NCBI GenBank assembly: GCA_029856155.1
Contig: JAHQWL010000074.1
Location: 1-22,296, forward strand
Reading direction: 5' to 3'
Length of the DNA stretch: 22,296 nt
From: Promethearchaeia archaeon
GTDB taxonomy: Archaea > Asgardarchaeota > Lokiarchaeia > Sigyniarchaeales > SOKP01
Position 1 is the stretch's first letter. Each line of letters begins with the position of its first letter. Positions 1 through 7,215 of the stretch are shown one piece after another. Both the position numbers and the translations under genes were made by a program. The notes beneath the pieces are model-generated. The model was not told the DNA's origin, made no database searches, and saw only the letters and a list, made by a program, of their open reading frames with translations.

Positions 1-218
1 GTAGTTTGATGTTGCATAACATGGGAAGGTACGTCCCACGTATCAACTGGATCAAGAGCCGCAGGATTTGATCCCCATCCAACAACTAATGTATTTTTTT
101 CCCCACCTACTAATCTTATCGCACCAGTCATTACTCCAAGGATAATATTGCCTACTCCTGAAGCAGCAAGAGCAATAGCTAAAACAATTATGGCTAAATT
201 TTTCTTTTCCATTTCCAT
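1..218 (-). CDS. ABC transporter substrate-binding protein, peptide/nickel family 5 (N-terminal part; runs off the window)
   Basis: Not in the ORF track. Manual translation from ATG 218 (or 212): MEMEKKNLAIIVLAIALAASGVGNIILGVMTGAIRLVGGEKNTLVVGWGSNPAALDPVDTWDVPSHVMQHQT. It has a hydrophobic signal/anchor and a TLVVG...P..LDP motif typical of DppA/OppA-like proteins. SD-like GTGAT at 225-229. Confidence 0.8.
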   Translation of the reverse strand, partial: MEMEKKNLAIIVLAIALAASGVGNIILGVMTGAIRLVGGEKNTLVVGWGSNPAALDPVDTWDVPSHVMQHQT

Positions 219-261
219 ATTAAAATCACGTTAATATTTTATGTTTGTTTTTATTTTTTTT

Positions 262-297
262 TTAAATATGTTGTTAAATATGTGTTTAAATTTGTAA
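262..297. repeat. Three tandem 12-bp imperfect direct repeats (TTAAATATGT core), putative operator
   Basis: TTAAATATGTTG / TTAAATATGTGT / TTAAATTTGTAA at 262, 274 and 286, directly downstream (minus strand) of a TATA-like box. Confidence 0.45.
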
Positions 298-298
298 A

Positions 299-312
299 CT
301 TATAAGGTTTAT
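299..312 (-). promoter_or_regulatory. Putative BRE-TATA promoter of the solute-binding protein gene
   Basis: Minus strand reads ATAAAC-CTTATAAG, about 80 nt upstream of the ATG at 218. Confidence 0.4.
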
Positions 313-532
313 CCTTTTTTTTCTATTGTTTTATGAAATCACTTTAGATTGATAAGTTGCTTTTCAACCGTGAAAACCCCAAAACTCTCTATTTTTTAAT
401 GTTTTGCTTAAATAAAATCAAATTTCGAAATAAACCCATCATTTTCGTAGAAATTTTAACTTCTAGTTTTTTCTAAAATTCTAATTAAAAATTATTAAAA
501 GTGTAATGATGGGAAGAAAAAGAAGAAATTTG

Positions 533-1474
533 TTATAAATTTAACATTTCGACAATCTTCTCAAAGTAAAAAGAAAAAAATAGAATAATAAATAGTATAA
601 ATCCAGCTATTATGATTCCTTTGTCGAAAAAGGCTTTTTCAGGGTTGCGAGCAATTTTAGGTTTAGCTGAAGTTAAATACATATATCTCATGATTATATA
701 AAGTGAAATTGGTATTGTAAAAATTGATATAAATTCATAAAATGTGGCAATTCCAGGTTCATCTAAATTAAAAATTAGAATTAGATAAAGTGAATAAGTC
801 ATAAACAATGAACCTGCTATTAGAATATGAAATTGATCCAATAATCTACTAGAATATTGGTCGTATGTTTTTTTATGTTCAATAGCTTTATCCTTTCCGA
901 GAAACTCTAAATCACCTTTTCGTTTGGCTATACTTAAAAACATAGCTACTTCAAATAGGGCTAAAAATAACCAAGCAGATACAAATCCCCCGATTATCAT
1001 ACAACCGGCTAAAGCTCTCCATAAGTATCCAGTAGATAAAATAACTATATCAATAAAAGCATACTTTTTAAAAAGATGATTATATAGTTGACCAGTAATG
1101 ATTAAAAATATAATCATCGTGATAAAACCCAAATTGGGGATTATAAAAATCAAAAAGAAAATAATAATAGCAGATAGTAAGAGTATTATAATTAGAGCAA
1201 AAAAAACAGAGATCTCACCGGAAGCAAGAGGTTTTTTTTTAATCTTTTCTGGATGTGATCTATCTTTTTCAATATCTCTGATATCATTAATTATATAATT
1301 AAGTGATGAGGCACAACATAATAATACAAATCCGATTATTAAATTAAAATAAAGTAATATTTCAAATAATTGTTTACTAAAAAAAATCCCAACAAAAATT
1401 AGTACATTTTTATAATATTGCCGAATCCTTAAAAGATGGAGAATATTTTTTATCTTGCTAGCCATTATAAGCAT
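533..1474 (-). CDS. UbiA-family prenyltransferase, decaprenyl-phosphate phosphoribosyltransferase (Rv3806c/DPPR synthase)-like
   Basis: Motifs RIRQYYKN, NDIRDIEKDRSHPEK..KPLASG and KRKGDL, multi-pass hydrophobic pattern. The start may be ATG 1465 (MASK). Confidence 0.8.
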   Translation of the reverse strand: MLIMASKIKNILHLLRIRQYYKNVLIFVGIFFSKQLFEILLYFNLIIGFVLLCCASSLNYIINDIRDIEKDRSHPEKIKKKPLASGEISVFFALIIILLLSAIIIFFLIFIIPNLGFITMIIFLIITGQLYNHLFKKYAFIDIVILSTGYLWRALAGCMIIGGFVSAWLFLALFEVAMFLSIAKRKGDLEFLGKDKAIEHKKTYDQYSSRLLDQFHILIAGSLFMTYSLYLILIFNLDEPGIATFYEFISIFTIPISLYIIMRYMYLTSAKPKIARNPEKAFFDKGIIIAGFILFIILFFSFYFEKIVEMLNL

Positions 1475-1503
1475 TTTGAAAGAGACATTTATATTAAATT
1501 TTT

Positions 1504-4038
1504 TTAAGTCATGATTATTCTATCGGGTTTGAATTTTTTTAATATTCTATAGCCCAAACGACTCGAAAAGCTTGTTGATGATTTTAGTTGTATCATTGCT
1601 GTATTATATTCAAAACTTATCAATTCTACTTTATTATAAGGTATCTTTATATTTTTCCCAAATATGTTATTGATTGTTATTTCATCTTCTCTTTTCTTCA
1701 TGCTCTTAAGAGTATCTTTCTTGAAATCCTGAGTATGCGTGATTATCTTCTGAATATACCCAATTTCTAAATTATTAACAGGTTTTTTAAGATATATAAA
1801 TACTTGTACTTTTTTTTTTGATAACCACTTTATTACATTCATTTCGGATTTTCGAGAAATAGAACTTTTACTAATAGCTAAGTAAATTCTTTTCGGGCGA
1901 ATTATTAATTCACTAAGGGAATAATTAACCAGTTTTGCATTTTGATTATCATTATTAATAAATGTTAATTTGAAGTCACCCAATTTTATTGCTGTATTTA
2001 TATTTATACATTTAAAAATTTTTAATTCGGCTTTAATTTGAAGAAAAACTTCATGATCTTTAAAATTCTTAAGAAAAAGATGAGAATTTGGTAATTTCGT
2101 TTTAATAAGAGGTTTTTGGATCTTATTATTATTGTCCACGAAAAGATAATATCCTTCTTTATTATTATCATTCAATTTAATATCAATTAATTCAAAAGGT
2201 ATATTTCTTTTCAAGAAGTATATTCCATTCAAATCATATTGATTGTATGAATATAAAGATGGACTTAAGATAATATTTTGAGTCGATTTTAAATTGTGAA
2301 CAAAAAGTTGGATAGGATCTGTAATATTATCAATAAATTGAATATCAATTAATTTACCAACAATAATTTCATCTGTAATTAGATTTCTAAAGATAAAGTC
2401 CTTTTGAATTTCAAATTTATATAATTCTTTTCGTTTTAGTGCCTCCATTAATAAGGAAATATCGTCAATTTTAAAAAAATCCTTAAATTTATTGTTTGCT
2501 ATGATTTTAAATTTTACTCTTGCTTCTTCAAATTTTTTTGCATATTTTTTTTGCTTAGATTTTTTTAGACATATAAATGGTAGAATTGCTTCCTTAATAG
2601 GTTTTAATTCATTACCTAAAATTGCTGCAATCCTATAATAACTAGGAGGATGAGAATTAATTATGGTAGCCAAAAGTGATCCTCTTGAGGGTTTTATCAT
2701 TGAACGATTTAAATAAATTGCGGTACTCATATAATCCAATAGTTGGTTATCTTGTGTGATTTTTTCTCCACTTAAAAGCATAGTATTCAATCCAATATCT
2801 CGACCAGATGAATAAAAACTTTCTAAAGTATAAAGAGCTTTGGCAAGCTCATTTGCATATCCCACTTTCTTTGCTTTTAAATCTGCCTTTCCTTCTAAAA
2901 TTCTTACAAGTATAAAAAGAATTATATATATCGCTAAATTTAAAAGGATAAAGTATATCATTGGAAGCTTAGGATTTCCAAAAGTATAATCATAATATGT
3001 AGCAGGAATACCAAGAAACATTCTTACAATAAGATCCACAGAAGTAATTAAAGTTAAAATAAGAGTATGTTTTCCTTTGGTATGGGCTAATTCATGAGCC
3101 ACAATACCTTTCAATTCATCCTCAGGTATCTGATTTATATCATCAGCGATAATAGCAATTCGTTTATCAAATACAGAGCCATAAGCCATAGCATTTAATA
3201 TGGGATATTTTCCAAAACCCACTGTAACTTTTCCTTTAATTCCAATATCACGTTTTATTTTATTTATGATCTTTAACAGATTCTCATCTCTTACTTTATG
3301 AATTCCGAGTAATTTATCCAAAATGAATCCTGATACGAAATAAATTCCCCAATTAACTATTATTAATATAGAATAGACATTAAAAAAGAGATCAGTAATC
3401 TTGAATTCACTAGAACCAATAGGTCTATCTACAATAAAAGTAAGTGGAGTATATTGGTTAATAAATACAACAGCTAGCCATGCTATTATATAAAGAAATA
3501 AAGTTAAATATTCAGGGCTCATAAATCGCCAGACAATTATGTATTTTCTTCCAAATAACAAAAATCCTAGAATAAGGATTATCCAGAAAGAAAACGCAAA
3601 ACTAGTATTAATATAAACTGGATCTCCTAAATAGTAAGAAAAAAGACCAGCGATAAAAATAACATTATAAGTTATTAAAGAGATTAGTAAAATTTTATTT
3701 ATTACCGGATAATCTTTTAGTTCAAATATTCCTATCCATAAATATATTGAGAATGAGCCCATTATTGACGTTAGAAAATCTTTTGAAAAGAAGAAAATGA
3801 GAAAAAAGAAAAAAATTATTGCGACAATATCACTCATTTCACTTCTTTTACCATTTTTAGCCCATTGCAGAAATTCTTCAATAGTTAATAAATAAAGAAT
3901 AAAGGTTATCAAAAATGTCCAGTTAGTTAGAAGTGTTAATAAATTAAACTTAAATATAAATGAATTTACTATTAAAGAAATTCCAATTGAACAAAAAACA
4001 TAAGAAATTAGCAGTAAATATCTAATCTTTTTTTTCAA
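1504..4038 (-). CDS. Large membrane M48-family (HtpX/Ste24-like) zinc metalloprotease with extra N-terminal TM helices and long soluble C-terminal region
   Basis: ILNAMAYG, DELKGIVAHELAH (HExxH), downstream E..AD and SHPP motifs. TTG start preceded by SD-like AAGGT. Confidence 0.8.
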   Translation of the reverse strand: MKKKIRYLLLISYVFCSIGISLIVNSFIFKFNLLTLLTNWTFLITFILYLLTIEEFLQWAKNGKRSEMSDIVAIIFFFFLIFFFSKDFLTSIMGSFSIYLWIGIFELKDYPVINKILLISLITYNVIFIAGLFSYYLGDPVYINTSFAFSFWIILILGFLLFGRKYIIVWRFMSPEYLTLFLYIIAWLAVVFINQYTPLTFIVDRPIGSSEFKITDLFFNVYSILIIVNWGIYFVSGFILDKLLGIHKVRDENLLKIINKIKRDIGIKGKVTVGFGKYPILNAMAYGSVFDKRIAIIADDINQIPEDELKGIVAHELAHTKGKHTLILTLITSVDLIVRMFLGIPATYYDYTFGNPKLPMIYFILLNLAIYIILFILVRILEGKADLKAKKVGYANELAKALYTLESFYSSGRDIGLNTMLLSGEKITQDNQLLDYMSTAIYLNRSMIKPSRGSLLATIINSHPPSYYRIAAILGNELKPIKEAILPFICLKKSKQKKYAKKFEEARVKFKIIANNKFKDFFKIDDISLLMEALKRKELYKFEIQKDFIFRNLITDEIIVGKLIDIQFIDNITDPIQLFVHNLKSTQNIILSPSLYSYNQYDLNGIYFLKRNIPFELIDIKLNDNNKEGYYLFVDNNNKIQKPLIKTKLPNSHLFLKNFKDHEVFLQIKAELKIFKCININTAIKLGDFKLTFINNDNQNAKLVNYSLSELIIRPKRIYLAISKSSISRKSEMNVIKWLSKKKVQVFIYLKKPVNNLEIGYIQKIITHTQDFKKDTLKSMKKREDEITINNIFGKNIKIPYNKVELISFEYNTAMIQLKSSTSFSSRLGYRILKKFKPDRIIMT

Positions 4039-4100
4039 AGAAAGTACCTTTATTATTTAATAAACTTTTTCAGTCAAATTTACAATTAATAGATTGATTT

Positions 4101-5474
4101 TTAATGTTGGGATTCAAATTTATCCATTTTATCAAATTCATTCCAGAAATACTTTATTGTAATCAGATACCATAATAACAATATAGGAATCATTAGTATA
4201 AAGGAAATCAATAGATTTATTGGAATACTGATTATACCAAGGTTTATATCTTCAAAAGGAAGTGACATAATTACAGCTTCAATAAAGATTAGGAATAACA
4301 AAAGAAAAATTAATAAAACTATCATCAGAAAAATTATTCCTTTAATTCTGGGGAATTTATATAATATTAAAATAGTTGGAGCTAAAAGAACGATTAAGGT
4401 AATAGTAAAGATGTAGAAATTTAACTTCCCTAAAGTATATTGCATAAGTAAGATTGATAATATAGAAAAAAAACCACATATTATTGAAATTGCATAAAAA
4501 TTCTTTACTAATTCAGGCTCTGTTAATGGTCCTCTTGCTAAAATTAATCGGGGTAAAGTTAAAACAGCATCTTTTTGATCTGAGGCTTTAATTCGATCAT
4601 CTGCTAGTAAAATTATATCATCTTTACTCTCTCTGACATCACTACTACTCTCAAAAAACCCACGTATGGAATAAATATAATAAAAACTGTTGAATATTTG
4701 AATTAGGAGAGCACAAAAGGTGGCAACTTCCAATGACCCAAATAACATAATGCATGCAATCATCGCACCTATGCTTAATGTCCCTATATCTCCTGGAAAT
4801 ATTTTTGCTGGAAATTTATTATAAATGAAAAAAGGAATTAGGACTGCAATGACTGGAACTGTAAAAATCACTCCCTCAGTAGATTTCCAAATTAGACTAC
4901 ATATAAAAAGAAAACATACCGCTATTAAACACGTTCCTGAACCCTCACCATTGTAGCCTTCTAACATATTTACTGTATTGGTAAAGACAGCTACAATAAC
5001 GGGGATTAAGAAAGGATAAATAATTGTCAATCGAGTTTGATCAAGGAAGGGAATTGTAGGTGAGGTTATTTTAATAAAACCAATTAAATTAGCAAAAAAA
5101 ATAATTGAACCAGAAAAAATTGATAAAATTATTTTATACCGTGATCTAAGTCTTTTTCTATCATCAATAAATCCAATAGCTCCTACTATCAAAATAGTTA
5201 ACAAAAAGACAATGGTTTCATTTATTAAATTAGGAAAAAATATAATTACAAAAATTGAAGTAATAGAAAAACCAATAACTATACTAATACCTCCAGATTC
5301 GGCAATTTCTGGTTGAGCATTCTTATGGATGTCATATCCGACAAAATTCTTTTTTTTCATCAATTTTATTATGTATGGGAGGATTAAGTAAGTAATTATA
5401 AAGCCTACAATAAAAATAATAATTAAATAAAATATTTCTAAAAATCCCCATTTCAAATCAGATAATGGAATCAT
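4101..5474 (-). CDS. aglH: UDP-GlcNAc:dolichyl-phosphate GlcNAc-1-phosphotransferase (Alg7/DPAGT1/AglH; MraY/GPT family)
   Basis: GYDIHK, ESGG, GFIDD, NTVNMLEGYNG and FPGDIGT motifs; more than 10 TM segments with extra C-terminal helices. Confidence 0.8.
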   Translation of the reverse strand: MIPLSDLKWGFLEIFYLIIIFIVGFIITYLILPYIIKLMKKKNFVGYDIHKNAQPEIAESGGISIVIGFSITSIFVIIFFPNLINETIVFLLTILIVGAIGFIDDRKRLRSRYKIILSIFSGSIIFFANLIGFIKITSPTIPFLDQTRLTIIYPFLIPVIVAVFTNTVNMLEGYNGEGSGTCLIAVCFLFICSLIWKSTEGVIFTVPVIAVLIPFFIYNKFPAKIFPGDIGTLSIGAMIACIMLFGSLEVATFCALLIQIFNSFYYIYSIRGFFESSSDVRESKDDIILLADDRIKASDQKDAVLTLPRLILARGPLTEPELVKNFYAISIICGFFSILSILLMQYTLGKLNFYIFTITLIVLLAPTILILYKFPRIKGIIFLMIVLLIFLLLFLIFIEAVIMSLPFEDINLGIISIPINLLISFILMIPILLLWYLITIKYFWNEFDKMDKFESQH

Positions 5475-5912
5475 AATTTTTACAAACTTAAAAGCTATTT
5501 TGAAAATATTAATATTTTGAAGTTTAAGGTTGAAAAAAAAAATATTTGGCTTAATATTATATTTTGCGATTTTTTATGTTAGTAAAATGGAATTATAAAA
5601 AATCGTTGATTTTCTAGAACTTAATTTAACATTCTATTCAAAAAATATTAAATATTCTCAAAAAATTTTCTTATACAATTACTTTATATTTGAATAGCCT
5701 AATATTTCCTCAAATAAAAAAATTAAAATAAAAATATTCTTTTCAAATCCAACACCATTGCGTGGTTGTCCTCTTATAACTACTATTTATTTATAAGGAT
5801 CATACAAATAGGATTTAATATTTTGGAGATCTATATCAAAATTATGATTATCAACTGAATTTTTTTTGTATAGAGCAATATCTTCCATTAAATTACTCCC
5901 ATAAATTTTATG

Positions 5913-6095
5913 TCAAAAACAATCTTCATCGTCTTCACCATCATCAATAGGATCATTAGGTTTAGCTGCTGTATTTGAAAATGCAATAAAAATAACAAGA
6001 GATAAAGTAGTAATTACTGCAATTGAAAGACATAGTAAAAATAATCTTTTTTTTCCTATTTTTCGTACCCAACTGGAGCTTAGCATTGTAATCAT
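5913..6095 (-). CDS. Small single-pass membrane protein (basic N-terminus, TM helix, acidic tail ending DCF-TGA); may extend to 5787 if TGA is read through
   Basis: RKIGKKR followed by about 22 hydrophobic residues and DDGEDDED. The frame stays open past the TGA to TAA at 5787-5789. Confidence 0.55.
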   Translation of the reverse strand: MITMLSSSWVRKIGKKRLFLLCLSIAVITTLSLVIFIAFSNTAAKPNDPIDDGEDDEDCF

Positions 6096-6380
6096 TTCTT
6101 TAATTTTAATTAAATTGTATTTTACTTACAAGACAAATAAATCTTTCTTCTTATTTTAGATAAATTTTGGTTTTATTGATTCATTTAAAATTATTAAAAA
6201 ATCAAAGACTAACAAAATAGCGTTTTTTAAACAAATATTATATTTTTATCTCTTCCTAAATAAAAAAGATTGGCATAACCAAGATTATTATCAGTTTTAA
6301 ATTAATGACTTTAAATTTTTAATCCAAAATAAAAAATTAAAAATCTCGGCAATTGAAAAGTTTTTTTAAAGTATTATTAT

Positions 6381-6388
6381 AAAAAAAA
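6381..6388 (-). terminator. Oligo-T terminator after tRNA-Gln
   Basis: T8 run on the minus strand immediately after the discriminator base. Confidence 0.55.
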
Positions 6389-6402
6389 TAGCCCGGCACG
6401 GA

Positions 6403-6431
6403 ATTTCGATTAATCAGAAACCTTTTTAATA
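6403..6431 (-). other. tRNA intron, T-loop position 59/60 (29 nt), strict bulge-helix-bulge
   Basis: h=CACGG/CCGTG, H=TTCG/CGAA, bulges AAT and ATT, h'=ATTAA/TTAAT. Confidence 0.85.
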
Positions 6432-6475
6432 TTCGAACCGTGGTCGCGGGGTTCAAGGCCCCAAATGCTTGGCCA

Positions 6476-6505
6476 ATTTACTCAATACATAATATATGTA
6501 TTAAT
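6476..6505 (-). other. tRNA intron, D-loop position about 15/16 (about 30 nt), relaxed BHB/BHL
   Basis: 10-bp hairpin TTAATACATA-TAT-TATGTATTGA preceded by an AGA bulge. The central helix GTGT/GTAA is imperfect, so boundaries are uncertain by 1-2 nt. Confidence 0.7.
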
Positions 6506-6549
6506 CTACACCACCGGGCTGAGAGTTTGTATTTGAAACCGTTAATAGA

Positions 6550-6565
6550 TTTTATACTATTTAAT
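6550..6565 (-). promoter_or_regulatory. TATA-box promoter of tRNA-Gln
   Basis: Minus strand TTAAATAG-TATAAAA about 30 nt upstream of the mature tRNA 5' end. Confidence 0.5.
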
Positions 6566-6567
6566 TC

Positions 6568-7209
6568 TTAAATATTAAATGGTTTAAGATCTTGATTAAA
6601 AAATTTTTCATCTAATAAATTTTTATTGCTTTCAAGGAATTCAATTTCTTTTCTTCCATCACGATATTTATCAGGGAGCATCTGTGGTATAGTATCTATA
6701 ATAGGGTACCAACGTTTACATTTAGTACAAAATAATATACCCGATTCAATTTCAATGTTTAATTTTACCTTATTTATTAAATATAACTCAGGAACTATAT
6801 CTTCAATATGATGGGAGTTTAAATCTTTAAAAATTTCTAAAATTTTAGATTTAACTTCAGAATTTATAATTTGAAAAATTTTTTTACTCAATTGGTTTGT
6901 AGAATTATTAAAGACATTTTCAAACTCATTTAAACTCGATATTATTAATTCAAGATAGGATCTAAATTTTTTTTTTTCAATAACTAAATTATCTCTTAAG
7001 AAATATTCATTATTTTCTTGAAAAACCTCAATTAATTTTTCTTTATTAATAAGGTTGATATCTCTGTTTTTATAAATGTCAATAATAGATTGAAATTCTT
7101 CTAGTTTATTTTCAAAAGAAAAAATGTATAATTTTAATGGAAAATGCTTATCAATAGGACATGCTAATATATCAAATAACCATGGTTTCATAAATTTATT
7201 CACATTCAA
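6568..7209 (-). CDS. trm112: Trm112-family methyltransferase activator with long insertion
   Basis: MKPWLFDILACPIDK at the N-terminus and EIESGILFCTKCKRWYPIIDTIPQML near the C-terminus. Likely start is ATG 7191. Confidence 0.8.
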   Translation of the reverse strand: MNVNKFMKPWLFDILACPIDKHFPLKLYIFSFENKLEEFQSIIDIYKNRDINLINKEKLIEVFQENNEYFLRDNLVIEKKKFRSYLELIISSLNEFENVFNNSTNQLSKKIFQIINSEVKSKILEIFKDLNSHHIEDIVPELYLINKVKLNIEIESGILFCTKCKRWYPIIDTIPQMLPDKYRDGRKEIEFLESNKNLLDEKFFNQDLKPFNI

Positions 7210-7215
7210 ATGCTC

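Larger units (their letters stand above)
6389..6520 (-). tRNA. tRNA-Gln(UUG) with two introns (D-loop about 15/16 and T-loop 59/60); CCA not encoded
   Basis: Removing 6476-6505 and 6403-6431 gives a 73-nt cloverleaf: AGCCCGG TG GTGT AGTGGCCAA GCAT T TGGGG CCTTGAA CCCCG CGAC CACGG TTCGAAT CCGTG CCGGGCT A. The A1-U72 pair and D-loop match archaeal tRNA-Gln. Anticodon TTG at 6456-6454. Confidence 0.9.

Noticed and set aside
1098-1770. ORFs 1098..1298 (+) and 1588..1770 (+)
   Set aside because: Antisense shadows of the UbiA-family and M48 genes with no recognisable motifs.
6096-6388. Integrated element or att site beside the tRNA
   Set aside because: No integrase, and no duplicated tRNA 3' end was seen in the window.
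6447-6463. Alternative anticodon register UGA (Ser) that would restore U33
   Set aside because: Shifting by one breaks two stem pairs. There is no long variable arm, and A1-U72 with the D-loop indicates Gln.
6482-6504. AT-rich inverted repeat as a MITE or operator
   Set aside because: Fully explained as the h' helix of the D-loop tRNA intron.
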